64,000 bases of DNA from Dehalococcoidia bacterium. Its GTDB lineage: Bacteria; Chloroflexota; Dehalococcoidia; SHYD01. The notes under the pieces are model-generated. The model saw nothing but the letters and a program-made list of their open reading frames with translations, was not told the origin of the DNA and did not search any database. The stretch covers positions 989,366 through 1,053,365 of the forward strand of contig OZ244809.1 of assembly GCA_965220215.1 (NCBI GenBank). The letters are read 5' to 3'. Of the stretch, positions 46,607-56,019 are shown in pieces (within the stretch, counting starts at the first letter, position 1; every line of letters begins with the position of its first letter). A program made the position numbers and the translations under genes.

Positions 46607-47656
46607 ATGGCGATTCAGCGAGTGTGCATCTGCCACGTGCAAGTGCCCTTTGTGCGGGGGGGCTCGGAACTACTGGTGGAGAGCCTGCAGCAGGCGTTGC
46701 GGCAGCGCGGTATCGCCACAGACGTGGTGAGCCTCCCCTTCAAGTGGTACCCCAGCCGGGAAGTCCTCACCCACGCGCTCGCCTGGCGTCTCCTCGATCT
46801 CACTGAGAGCCAGGGCCGGCCCATAGACTTGGTCATCGGCACCAAGTTCCCTTCCTATTTGGTACGGCATCCCAACAAGGTCACCTGGCTCTTCCACCAG
46901 TTCCGCCAGGCCTACGACCTTTACGGCAGCCCCTTTGGGGAGTTGACGGACAGCCCGGAAGACCAGGAGGTGCTGAACACCGTGCGGAACATGGACGCAA
47001 CGCTCCTTCCGGAGTCCAAGCGTCTCTATACCATCGCGGGCAACGTGAGCCAGCGGCTGCAACGCTTCAACGGCCTGGACAGCCAGGTCCTCTATCCGCC
47101 GCCGCCATTGGAAAACCGCTACTACTGCGAGGACTACGACAACTACGTCCTCTCCCTGGGGCGGCTAGAGTCCATCAAGCGAGTAGACCTGCTCTTGAAG
47201 AGCGTGCAGCAGGCCAAGGACAAGGTGCGTTGCGTGGTGGCCGGCACGGGGCCGGAAGAGGGCAACCTGAAAGCGCTGGCAAAGGAGCTTGGAATCGAGC
47301 AGCAGGTCACCTTCGCCGGTTACGTATCGGAAGAGGAGCTGCTGGAGCTGTACGCCCGCTGTCGCGCCGTCTACAACGCCCCTTACGATGAGGACTACGG
47401 CTTCGTGACGTTGGAGGCACTGCGGGCGCAGAAGCCCGTCATCGCCACGAACGACTCGGGCGGCGTGCTGGAGTTCGTCCGCCACGAGGAGACCGGCCTC
47501 ATTGCTGAGCCGGAGCCGGCCGCGCTGGCTGCGCTGCTGGATCGCGTGACCGCCGACCCCGACCTCTGCCGGCGCTTGGGCGAGCGGGGCAAGGGTGAAG
47601 TGCAAGACATCTCCTGGGACAAGGTGCTGGATGCCCTCCTTCAAACGGCCCCTTAA
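46607..47656 (+). CDS. Glycosyltransferase family 4 (GT-B fold).
   Basis: The C-terminal GT4 signature EDYGFVTLEALRAQKPVIATNDSGG is present. Confidence 0.85.
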   Translation: MAIQRVCICHVQVPFVRGGSELLVESLQQALRQRGIATDVVSLPFKWYPSREVLTHALAWRLLDLTESQGRPIDLVIGTKFPSYLVRHPNKVTWLFHQFRQAYDLYGSPFGELTDSPEDQEVLNTVRNMDATLLPESKRLYTIAGNVSQRLQRFNGLDSQVLYPPPPLENRYYCEDYDNYVLSLGRLESIKRVDLLLKSVQQAKDKVRCVVAGTGPEEGNLKALAKELGIEQQVTFAGYVSEEELLELYARCRAVYNAPYDEDYGFVTLEALRAQKPVIATNDSGGVLEFVRHEETGLIAEPEPAALAALLDRVTADPDLCRRLGERGKGEVQDISWDKVLDALLQTAP

Positions 47657-49028
47657 GCTGGCCTACTTCAGCCCGCTGCCACCGGAGCCCTCCGGCATCT
47701 CCGATTACAGCCGCGAGCTCCTGCCCTACCTAGCGCGCTGGGCGGAGGTTCATCTCTACATCGACGACTACCAGCTTGCCGATAAGGAGATCGCTTGGGA
47801 GTTCCCAGTATTTAACTATAGAGAGTTCCCTTGGCGTCGCCCGCTCTACGACTACGACTGCACCCTCTACCACTTGGGCAACAGCGCCGTCCACCGCTAC
47901 CTCTACCCCTACGTCTCGCAGCACCCTGGCGTGGTGGTGCTCCATGACTGGGTACTGCACCACTTCCTAGCCGGCCAGGCATTGGACTACGGCCGCTCCG
48001 GCGGGTACGTGCGGGAGATGAGCTACGCTATGGGCCCAGCAGGCGCAAACCTTGCCTGGGAGATCATCGCCGGACAGCGCACGCCGCCTTATTTCGAGCA
48101 GCCCCTCTCCCAACGCACGCTGGACGCCAGCCTGGGCGTGCTGGTGCACAGCGACTATCTGCGCGGGCTGGCCCGGGCCGCCGCGCCAGAAACGCCGGTG
48201 GGCGTGGTGCCCATGGGCATTCCGCTGCCGCCTAATCCCGGCCCAAAACCAATGCTACGGCAGCGTCTTGGTCTGCAAGCTAACGCGTACATAGTCGGCT
48301 CCTTTGGCGTCGCTACCAGCTACAAGCGCATCCCCTCAGTGCTACAGGCTGTCGCGCAGCTTGCCGCCGAGGGCATAGACGCACGCTATGTGGTGGTCGG
48401 CGAAGTGGCGCGCGACCTGGACATCGCCAGGGACGCTGCAGAACTTGGCATCGGCGATCGGGTGCTTGTGACCGGCTACTTGCCAGAGCAGGACTTCAAC
48501 GCCTACCTCCACGCAGTAGATGTGTGCGTGAACCTGCGCTTTCCCACCGCCGGCGAGACCTCGGCGTCTGCGCTTCGCTGTATGGCCGCGGGGCAACCCA
48601 CCCTCGTCTCTAACGTGGACGCCAACCGTGAGCTGCCGGACGAGTGCGTGCTCAAGATACCCGTAGGCGCGCCGGAGGAGGCGATGCTGACGCGGGCGCT
48701 GCGCACGCTGGCAGCGGAACCTTTGGCGAGGCAGGCGTTGGGAAGCGCTGCGCGGGAGTATGTAGCTAGCCACCACACCCTGGAGCAGGCCGCTCGCAGC
48801 TACATCATGTTCCTGGAAGACCTAATTCAGCGGCCGCGGCCCTTACGGGTCACCGCCGCTGCTGATGAACAAATGCGTCCTGCTGCAGGAAGTGGTAACC
48901 TGCAAGAAATTGCTGGCCACTTACGTTCTCTATCTATGGACGCCCATACGCTGACCTGGCTCAGTCCAGTAACGGACGCCATAGCAGACCTGGGCCTGTG
49001 GAAGCCGCAGACAGAAAAAGAAGACTAA
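47631..49028 (+). CDS. Glycosyltransferase family 4-like (GT-B fold).
   Basis: KLAYFSPLPPEPSGISDY at the N-terminus and a C-terminal GT-B motif GETSASALRCMAAGQPTLVSN are present. An internal Met start was chosen. Confidence 0.75.
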   Translation: MPSFKRPLKLAYFSPLPPEPSGISDYSRELLPYLARWAEVHLYIDDYQLADKEIAWEFPVFNYREFPWRRPLYDYDCTLYHLGNSAVHRYLYPYVSQHPGVVVLHDWVLHHFLAGQALDYGRSGGYVREMSYAMGPAGANLAWEIIAGQRTPPYFEQPLSQRTLDASLGVLVHSDYLRGLARAAAPETPVGVVPMGIPLPPNPGPKPMLRQRLGLQANAYIVGSFGVATSYKRIPSVLQAVAQLAAEGIDARYVVVGEVARDLDIARDAAELGIGDRVLVTGYLPEQDFNAYLHAVDVCVNLRFPTAGETSASALRCMAAGQPTLVSNVDANRELPDECVLKIPVGAPEEAMLTRALRTLAAEPLARQALGSAAREYVASHHTLEQAARSYIMFLEDLIQRPRPLRVTAAADEQMRPAAGSGNLQEIAGHLRSLSMDAHTLTWLSPVTDAIADLGLWKPQTEKED

Positions 49029-49036
49029 AGCTCACC

Positions 49037-50104
49037 ATGCAAACCAGCCCGCACGCTAGCTCAAGCACACAGGCCCCCGGCGCGCCGGTGAGCTACTCCC
49101 TCATCATCCCCGTGTACAACGAGGAAGGAAACGTGGAGCCGCTGCACCAGGGGATCGTGCAGGCTATGGAGCAAGTGGAGGGCGACTACGAGATCATCTT
49201 CGTGGACGATGGCAGCCGGGATGCCAGCTTTCCCGAGCTCGCGGGCCTAGCCGAGCGGGACGCACGGGTGCGGGTGGTGCGCCTGCGACGCAACTTTGGG
49301 CAGACACCCGCCATCGCAGCCGGCATTGACCACTCCCGCGGCCAGATCATCGTCTTCATGGACGCAGACCTCCAGAACGACCCCAACGATATTCCCCGCA
49401 TGCTCAGTATGCTAGACGAAGGGTACGACGTGGTCAGCGGGTGGCGGCAGCGACGCCATGACACCTATCTCACCAGGGTTCTACCCTCAAAGCTCGCCAA
49501 CGGCCTTATCTCCTTCATCACCGGCGTCCACCTCCATGACTTCGGGTGTAGCCTGAAGGCCTACCGCCGGGAGGTGCTGGCCCACGTGAACCTCTACGGG
49601 GAAATGCACCGTTTTATCCCCGCCTACGCAGCCTGGGCGGGCGCTTCCATTGCTGAGGTGGTAGTGGAACATCACCCCAGGGTGCGGGGTAGCTCTAAGT
49701 ACGGACTCTCCCGGGCGTTCAGGGTGGTGCTGGACCTGGTGACGGCCAAGTTCCTGTCCAGCTACGCCACCAAGCCCATCTACGTCTTTGGGGGTGTAGG
49801 GCTGTTCTTAGAATCCCTGGCGTTTCTGTGCATCTTCGTAGCGCTTATCCAGAAGTTCACCGCCGACGTGTCGCTCATCCAGACACCGCTCACCATGTTG
49901 TCAGCTATCTTAGGGGCTACCGGGTTCATCGCCATCTTACAGGGGCTCAATGCTGAGGTGACAATGCGCACCTATCATGAGTCGCAACAAAAGCCGACCT
50001 ATGCGGTGCGGCAGGTGCTCAACCCGGCTCCATCGCCAAACGGGGCGCATCCCAGTGAAAGCTCGTCGGCCGGTTCGCAGGTGGGAGAGCATCCTGCTAC
50101 GTAA
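49037..50104 (+). CDS. Membrane-anchored GT2 polyprenyl-phosphate sugar synthase (GtrB/ArnC/DPM-synthase-like).
   Basis: SLIIPVYNEE, FVDDGS and DADLQNDP (DxD) motifs are present, plus two C-terminal TM helices. An internal Met start was chosen. Confidence 0.85.
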   Translation: MQTSPHASSSTQAPGAPVSYSLIIPVYNEEGNVEPLHQGIVQAMEQVEGDYEIIFVDDGSRDASFPELAGLAERDARVRVVRLRRNFGQTPAIAAGIDHSRGQIIVFMDADLQNDPNDIPRMLSMLDEGYDVVSGWRQRRHDTYLTRVLPSKLANGLISFITGVHLHDFGCSLKAYRREVLAHVNLYGEMHRFIPAYAAWAGASIAEVVVEHHPRVRGSSKYGLSRAFRVVLDLVTAKFLSSYATKPIYVFGGVGLFLESLAFLCIFVALIQKFTADVSLIQTPLTMLSAILGATGFIAILQGLNAEVTMRTYHESQQKPTYAVRQVLNPAPSPNGAHPSESSSAGSQVGEHPAT

Positions 50105-50180
50105 TACATTAGAGGCCGGTCAACTGACGCTAGGCGCTAGTGTCGCCGTGGTCTACGATACAAATAAAGAGGAGAACACT

Positions 50181-50651
50181 ATGACCTCAGGAGTGAACCC
50201 CATCCCGGAGGGCTACCATACCGCAACACCCTACCTGATCATAAAGGGTGCGTCAGACGCAATCGAGTACTACCAGCAAGCCTTTGGCGCGGTGGAGCGC
50301 TTCCGCATACCTGGCCCTGATGGGCTCATCGGCCACGCGGAGATCAGCATTGGCGATTCAACCATCGCGCTGGCCGACGAGATGGTAGAGATGGGCTTTA
50401 AGGGCCCCAAGACCCTCGGCGGTTCTCCTATCAGCCTCATGCTCTATGTGACGAACGTAGACGCGGTATTTGCCAGCGCCATTGCCGCCGGCGGAAAAGA
50501 GGTCCGCCCGGTAGAGAACCAGTTCTACGGCGACCGCACCGGCGGCCTGGAAGACCCTTTTGGTCACAGCTGGTATATCTCCACCCACGTAGAGGACGTT
50601 ACCCCGGACGAGCTAGAGCGGCGCGCCGCTGAGATGGCGTCGCAAGAGTAA
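50181..50651 (+). CDS. VOC-family (glyoxalase/PhnB-like) protein.
   Basis: An RBS AAAGAGGAG lies before the ATG. HAEISIGDSTI and FGHSWYIS motifs are present. Confidence 0.75.
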   Translation: MTSGVNPIPEGYHTATPYLIIKGASDAIEYYQQAFGAVERFRIPGPDGLIGHAEISIGDSTIALADEMVEMGFKGPKTLGGSPISLMLYVTNVDAVFASAIAAGGKEVRPVENQFYGDRTGGLEDPFGHSWYISTHVEDVTPDELERRAAEMASQE

Positions 50652-50671
50652 GGAGTACGCTTCGTTAGAGC

Positions 50672-52597
50672 ATGTGCGGCATTGCGGGGGCGGTTGATCT
50701 AACCAGAGCCGAGCCTATTACCAGCGCAGTGATGGGCTCTATGCTGGCGACCCTGCGCCACCGCGGCCCGGACGATGAGGGCACCTACTTTGATGACCAC
50801 ATAGCCCTGGGCGCACGCCGCCTCTCCATCGTCGATCTCGCTGGCGGCCACCAGCCCCTGAGCAACGAGGACGGCAGCGTGTGGGTGGCCCAGAACGGAG
50901 AGATCTTCAACTACCCGGCGTTGCGCTCCCAGCTTGAGACGCGGGGGCACCCCTTCGCCACCAACTGCGATACGGAAGTCCTTACCCACGCCTACGAGGA
51001 GTGGGGCACAGACCTGGTAACCCACCTGAATGGCCAGTTCGCCTTTGCACTGTGGGACAAGGCCCACCAGCGCCTGCTCTTGGCCCGAGACCGAACGGGC
51101 ATCAAGCCCCTCTACTACTGGCACAAGGACGGCGCGCTGGTCTTCGGCTCCGAGTTACGATCAGTTGTCGCTCACCCAGATGCGCCGCAGGAGCTGGACC
51201 TGGCGGCGGTCGACCAGTACCTCACCTACGAGCACATTCCGGTGCCTCGGAGCATCTTCAAGGAGATTGCAAAGTTACCACCGGGCCACATCCTGACGCT
51301 GGACCGTAGCGGCTTAAAGCTGCGCCAGTACTGGGACATGGATCTTGCCCAGAGTGAGCGTGCCCCTGTCCGTTCGGTAGATGAATGGGTGGAAGAGTTC
51401 AGAGCAACGCTTACAGAGGCCATTGGGATGGAGCTAATGAGCGACGTCCCCCTGGGCGTCTTCCTCAGCGGCGGCATCGATTCCAGCACCATAGCAGCGC
51501 TAATGACCGAGGCTGGCGTCAGTGATGTGCAGAGCTTCTCCATCGCGTTCGACGACCCCTCCTTCGATGAGTCCAGCCACGCCCGCCTCGTGGCGCGTCA
51601 CCTGAACACCACCCACCACGAGCGCACCGTCACCGAGACCGAGCTCCTAGACCTTGTCCCCCAGCTTTCGGACATCCTGGACGAGCCCCTGGGCGATTCC
51701 TCCTTCATCCCCAGCTACTTCCTCGCGCAGTTTGCCCGGGAGCACGTGACCGTGGCCCTGGGAGGCGATGGCGGCGACGAGTTACTGGCAGGCTACTCTA
51801 CGCTCCAGGCCCACCGCCTGGCCGATACGTACAATCTGTTGCCCGGCCCGTTGCGCACCAAGATGCTGAATCCCCTGGCCCAGCGGCTCCCCCTCTCCAT
51901 GAACAACATAAGCCTGGACTTTAAGGTGAAACGCTTCACTGCCTGGGCGGATGCGCCACCCATCGTGCGGCACCATCTCTGGCTGGGCTCCTTCTCTCCG
52001 GCTGACAAGCTGTCACTGCTGCGGCCGGAGGTGCGAGAGGCAGCAGGAAATGCTACCTTTGATCTAGCCGCAGACTACTACAATCACGGCGATGCACGAA
52101 AGTCCCTGAACCGCATCCTATATATGGATATGAAGCTCTACTTAGACACGGACATTCTCACCAAGGTGGACCGCTCCAGCATGGCAAACTCCCTGGAGGT
52201 GCGCGTCCCCTTCCTGAACCAGATCGTCCTAGACTTTGCCAGCCGCCTGCCGCTGAACATGAAGCTGCGGGGCTTCACCCGCAAGTACCTCCTTCGTAAG
52301 GCAGTGCGGGACATGATCCCCGCCTCCATCATCAAGCGCCCCAAGAAGGGGTTCAACATGCCCGTGGCTAAGTGGTTCCGCAGCGAGCTTCGGGAACTAC
52401 TGCAGGACACCCTCTCGGAGGGGGCGATCAACCGGGCCGGACTCTTTGAGTACGCGGCCGTGCAGCGGTTGCTGGACGACCACCTGCGGGCGCGGCGGGA
52501 CAATCGCAAGCTGCTCTGGACGCTGTTGGTCTTCCAGCTTTGGCACGATAAGTGGATGTCCCCTCACCAATCCGTACCTATGGTGGCTCCGGCATGA
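50672..52597 (+). CDS. asnB: Asparagine synthase (glutamine-hydrolysing), AsnB/WbpS-like amidotransferase.
   Basis: MCGIAG N-terminal nucleophile and the SGGIDSS PP-loop are present. Confidence 0.9.
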   Translation: MCGIAGAVDLTRAEPITSAVMGSMLATLRHRGPDDEGTYFDDHIALGARRLSIVDLAGGHQPLSNEDGSVWVAQNGEIFNYPALRSQLETRGHPFATNCDTEVLTHAYEEWGTDLVTHLNGQFAFALWDKAHQRLLLARDRTGIKPLYYWHKDGALVFGSELRSVVAHPDAPQELDLAAVDQYLTYEHIPVPRSIFKEIAKLPPGHILTLDRSGLKLRQYWDMDLAQSERAPVRSVDEWVEEFRATLTEAIGMELMSDVPLGVFLSGGIDSSTIAALMTEAGVSDVQSFSIAFDDPSFDESSHARLVARHLNTTHHERTVTETELLDLVPQLSDILDEPLGDSSFIPSYFLAQFAREHVTVALGGDGGDELLAGYSTLQAHRLADTYNLLPGPLRTKMLNPLAQRLPLSMNNISLDFKVKRFTAWADAPPIVRHHLWLGSFSPADKLSLLRPEVREAAGNATFDLAADYYNHGDARKSLNRILYMDMKLYLDTDILTKVDRSSMANSLEVRVPFLNQIVLDFASRLPLNMKLRGFTRKYLLRKAVRDMIPASIIKRPKKGFNMPVAKWFRSELRELLQDTLSEGAINRAGLFEYAAVQRLLDDHLRARRDNRKLLWTLLVFQLWHDKWMSPHQSVPMVAPA

Positions 52598-53613
52598 AGC
52601 AACGTCTGCTGCAGTACCTGGTCTGCCCCCGCTGTGGAGACGCCCTCTCCCTGACCGGTGACGCAGCTGCTGAGGAGGTGCTGGCGGGCGAGCTGCGGTG
52701 CGCCTCCGGCGACCACCGCTTCCCCATCACGGGTGGCATCCCCCGCCTGTTGCCGCCGGAGCTGGCGCAGGACGTGCAGCGCACCTCAGACAACTTTGGC
52801 TGGCAGTGGTTGGAGTTCAGCACACTCCATCCTTCAGAAGACCTCTACCAGAGCCAGTTTCTGGACTGGATATACCCCATCCAGCCGGATTATTTCACGG
52901 ATAAGGTGGTGCTGGACGCGGGCTGCGGCATGGGGCGCTTTGCGCTGGCCTCCGCAGAGTTTGGGGCCAAGGACGTGCTTGCCATAGACGTGAGCGAGGC
53001 GGTGGAGGCAGCCTATGCCAACACCCGCCACATGCCCAACGTTCACGTTATCCAGGCGGACATCTACAACCTGCCCTTCAAGCAACCGCTGGACTTTGCA
53101 TTCTCTATCGGCGTGCTCCACCACCTACCCAACCCCGAGGGCGGCTTCCGCGCGCTGGTGCGGCACCTAAAGCCGGGCGGGACTGTCTTTGCGTGGGTGT
53201 ACGGACGGGAGAACAACGGCTGGATCGTCAACATCGTGAGTCCGCTGCGGAGCAAGGTGTTCTCGCGGCTCCCTCGCATGGCGCTCTACAGCTTCTCCCT
53301 CTTGGCCGCTCTCATGGTGCACCCTACCCTCAAGCTGCTGTATCGCCCAGCTAACACCTGGTCCTTTCTCAAGCCTCTGACTAAGATACTGCCCTACAAC
53401 GGCTACTTGAGCTGGCTAGCCCAGTTTGGCTTCCGCCACAACCACCACGTGATCTACGACCACCTGGCCGCACCCACCGCTTTCTACATCAGCCGCCAGG
53501 AGTTCCAGGAGTGGTTCCGCCGCGCCTCCCTTTCCCAGCCCACTATCTCCTGGCGCAACCAGAATAGCTGGCGCGGCTGGGCAGTGCTGGAACATGCGGG
53601 TCCTAGCGCTTAA
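52594..53613 (+). CDS. Class I SAM-dependent methyltransferase with an N-terminal Trm112-like zinc ribbon.
   Basis: YLVCPRCGDAL and motif I VLDAGCGMGRF are present. Confidence 0.75.
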   Translation: MKQRLLQYLVCPRCGDALSLTGDAAAEEVLAGELRCASGDHRFPITGGIPRLLPPELAQDVQRTSDNFGWQWLEFSTLHPSEDLYQSQFLDWIYPIQPDYFTDKVVLDAGCGMGRFALASAEFGAKDVLAIDVSEAVEAAYANTRHMPNVHVIQADIYNLPFKQPLDFAFSIGVLHHLPNPEGGFRALVRHLKPGGTVFAWVYGRENNGWIVNIVSPLRSKVFSRLPRMALYSFSLLAALMVHPTLKLLYRPANTWSFLKPLTKILPYNGYLSWLAQFGFRHNHHVIYDHLAAPTAFYISRQEFQEWFRRASLSQPTISWRNQNSWRGWAVLEHAGPSA

Positions 53614-54766
53614 CTACGAGTTCCCTCCTCTGGGCGGCGGCGCCGCCAACGCGACGGCCCATATCTGTAGGGAACTGGTGCATCTTGGCTGCACCGTAGA
53701 AGTGATCACCTCCGGCTTCTCCGGCCTGCCAAAGCAAGAAGAGCTGGACGGCTACCGGGTGCGCCGCGTGCCCGTGCTGCGCCGCAAGACGCACCAGAGC
53801 TCGCCCTTAGAGATGGTGACCTACGTCGCCAGCGCGCTCGTTCCAGCGCTTCGCCTTAGCCACTCCTTCAAGCCGGACATCGTTCACGCCTACTTCGCCA
53901 TGCCCACAGGGCTCATCGCGCTTGCGCTCAAGACCTTCACCGGCGCGCCCTATCTCCTCTCCCTGCGAGGCGGCGACGTTCCCGGCTTCCTGCCGGAGAC
54001 CTTGGGCACGTTCCACCGCCTGACCGGCCCCTTCGCCAAGCCGGTGTGGGGCCGGGCCGGCGCCATTGTGGCAAACAGCCAGGGCCTACAGGAGTTGGCT
54101 CAGCACACGTCGCCCATTCATGTGGAGCTTGCCCCCAACGGCATCGATCTCGAGTTCTACCGCCCGCCGGCTACTCCGCGCAACGATGGCGTCTACCGCA
54201 TCCTTTTCGTGGGAAGGCTGGTGGAACAGAAGGGGCTCCGTTATCTACTGGACGCGCTGCCCGGTCTGCGCACGCAGGCGCAACAACCCGTGGAGCTAGT
54301 AGTAGTAGGCGACGGTCCCGCCCGTCTGACGCTGGAGGAGCAGGTGAGCGCCCTTGGTCTGGAAGCAGCGGTTCGCTTTGCCGGTTGGGCGCAGCGCGCC
54401 GAGATGCCCGGCCACTATCAATCAGCGGATGTCTTTGCTTTGCCCTCCTTCGAGGAGGGTATGCCCAACGTAGTGCTGGAAGCTATGGCCTCCGGGCTGC
54501 CCGTTGTCACAACGGACATCTACGGCAACCGAGAACTGGTAGCCCACGAAGAGAACGGCCTGCTCTTTCCCCCGGCCAGCGTCCAAGCCCTGGAAGCGGC
54601 GCTGCTTCGCCTCGCGCGGGAGCCGGAAGCTCGCCGTGGGATGGGCGATCGCTCCCGCGCACGAGCGCAGGACTACGGCTGGGGTCGAACTGCGCAGACC
54701 TACTGGGAGTTAAGCCAGCGGGTCATCACCAGGCGGCGCGAAGGTCACGTGGCGGCGGGCGTCTGA
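53594..54766 (+). CDS. Glycosyltransferase family 4.
   Basis: MRVLALNYEFPPLGGGAA at the N-terminus and EGMPNVVLEAMASGLPVVTTDIYGNRE at the C-terminus are present. Confidence 0.9.
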   Translation: MRVLALNYEFPPLGGGAANATAHICRELVHLGCTVEVITSGFSGLPKQEELDGYRVRRVPVLRRKTHQSSPLEMVTYVASALVPALRLSHSFKPDIVHAYFAMPTGLIALALKTFTGAPYLLSLRGGDVPGFLPETLGTFHRLTGPFAKPVWGRAGAIVANSQGLQELAQHTSPIHVELAPNGIDLEFYRPPATPRNDGVYRILFVGRLVEQKGLRYLLDALPGLRTQAQQPVELVVVGDGPARLTLEEQVSALGLEAAVRFAGWAQRAEMPGHYQSADVFALPSFEEGMPNVVLEAMASGLPVVTTDIYGNRELVAHEENGLLFPPASVQALEAALLRLAREPEARRGMGDRSRARAQDYGWGRTAQTYWELSQRVITRRREGHVAAGV

Positions 54767-55011
54767 TGCGCATGCTATTCGCAGCCGCCGGGCGTCTAAT
54801 ACGCATGCTATTCGTGACTGGCGGGCGTCTGATGCGCATGTTATTCGCAGTCGGTGGGCGTCTGATACGCGTGCTGTTCGCAGTCGGTGGGCGTCTGATG
54901 CCCATGCTAATCGCAGCCGGCAGGCGTCTGGTGCCCATGCTAATCGCAGCCGGCGAGCGTCTGATACTCGTGCTAATCGTAGCCGGGGAGCGTCTGATGC
55001 GCATACTATCC
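54748..55011 (+). repeat. Eight tandem copies of a diverged 33-bp repeat (consensus about gcagycggbgggcgtctgatgcgcatgctattc). In frame, it encodes 11-residue repeats A-x-G-G-R-L-h-R-h-L-F.
   Basis: Seen directly in the sequence. The units start at about 54748, 54781, 54814, 54847, 54880, 54913, 54946 and 54979. Each contains the ATGCGCAT palindrome or a variant. The units differ by synonymous or conservative changes. Confidence 0.9.
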
Positions 55012-56013
55012 GCGGTTGGCCGACGTCCCGCGCTGCGCGCCGCTGCGCAGGCGCTCTTTAGCCTGGCGCTCCTGACCTGGCTCTTCACCCGAATTGATGT
55101 CGCCCAACTTGCGGAGGCGCTCCTCACTACCGACCTCACCCTCTGGGCAGCGGGACTGGCAACAGCCGTAGCTGCGTGGCTGCTGAATACCGCCAAGTGG
55201 CGGGTGTTACTGCGAGCGCTGGGCTATCCCAGCCCCTATCTCAAACTCCTTGGCTTAAACTTTATCGGCATGTTCTACAGCATCGTCCTGCCCGGCCAGG
55301 TTAGCGGCGAGGTGGTCAAAGGCTTCCGGCTGGCCCGGCAGGGCGTGCCCTCCGGCCCGACCACAATGACCATCACCCTGGACCGTCTCACCGGCCTCGT
55401 CGCGCTGGGGCTGCTGGGCCTGGCGGGACTGCTCCTCGCGCCGCCGCCCTTCCCCAGCGGACCGTTCCTCGCCCTCTCCGCGCTGGTTGTGCTGGCCGCC
55501 GCCAGCCCTATTGTGCTGCTGGTCCTTCGTCCCTCCCCACACCCGGCACAGCCCCCTCCCAGCGACCTCAACCTGCTGCAACGCTTTCTCTATCAGGCCC
55601 AGGAGGCCATTGCCACCTACCGCCGGTCGCCCCAAGTGCTGGCATTAGCTCTGGTCCAAGCGCTTGGCTTCCAGGCGCTGGTCGCGGTATCTAACTACCT
55701 TATCGCCCTGGGCGTCGGCGTGCAGGTGTCGCCCATTGCGTTGCTTTGGATCGTGTCGGTGGTATCCCTGGTGAGCATGCTGCCGCTGGCGCTGGGGGGA
55801 CTCGGCCTGCGCGAGGGCGCGTATGCGTTCCTGCTGCTGCAGTATGGCGTGCCCCTCTCCCTCGGCATCTCCCTCTCCCTAGGCGTGTTCGGAGTTATCC
55901 TTACGCTTAGCGTCATGGGCGGCGTAGTAGAGGCCCTCTGGCCCCGGCTGGCCGGTGATGCCACAAACGCTACCCCAACGCCCCTGGAGAGCACCGAACC
56001 CCAACACCGGTAG
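54766..56013 (+). CDS. UPF0104 / flippase-like-domain membrane protein with an N-terminal 8 x 11-residue amphipathic repeat region.
   Basis: ATG 54766 overlaps the TGA stop of the GT4 gene (tgATGcgcATG). After the repeats the sequence reads LNTAKWRVLLRALGYPSPYLKLLGLNFIGMFYSIVLPGQVSGEVVKGFRL, matching the lysylphosphatidylglycerol-synthase TM region / flippase-like family. It is a paralog of the partial gene at the window start. Confidence 0.7.
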   Translation: MRMLFAAAGRLIRMLFVTGGRLMRMLFAVGGRLIRVLFAVGGRLMPMLIAAGRRLVPMLIAAGERLILVLIVAGERLMRILSAVGRRPALRAAAQALFSLALLTWLFTRIDVAQLAEALLTTDLTLWAAGLATAVAAWLLNTAKWRVLLRALGYPSPYLKLLGLNFIGMFYSIVLPGQVSGEVVKGFRLARQGVPSGPTTMTITLDRLTGLVALGLLGLAGLLLAPPPFPSGPFLALSALVVLAAASPIVLLVLRPSPHPAQPPPSDLNLLQRFLYQAQEAIATYRRSPQVLALALVQALGFQALVAVSNYLIALGVGVQVSPIALLWIVSVVSLVSMLPLALGGLGLREGAYAFLLLQYGVPLSLGISLSLGVFGVILTLSVMGGVVEALWPRLAGDATNATPTPLESTEPQHR

Positions 56014-56019
56014 CGCGCC

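Noticed and set aside
54748-55011. The regular 33-bp direct repeats could be a CRISPR array.
   Set aside because: The repeats are directly tandem with no intervening spacers and no cas genes. They lie in a coding region and are better explained as an in-frame coding minisatellite.
54726-55196. A 156-aa minus-strand ORF covering the repeat array (RIRRPP... repeats).
   Set aside because: It is an antisense artefact of the repeat. The plus-strand frame continues into a clearly recognisable flippase-like domain, and its substitutions are conservative in that frame.
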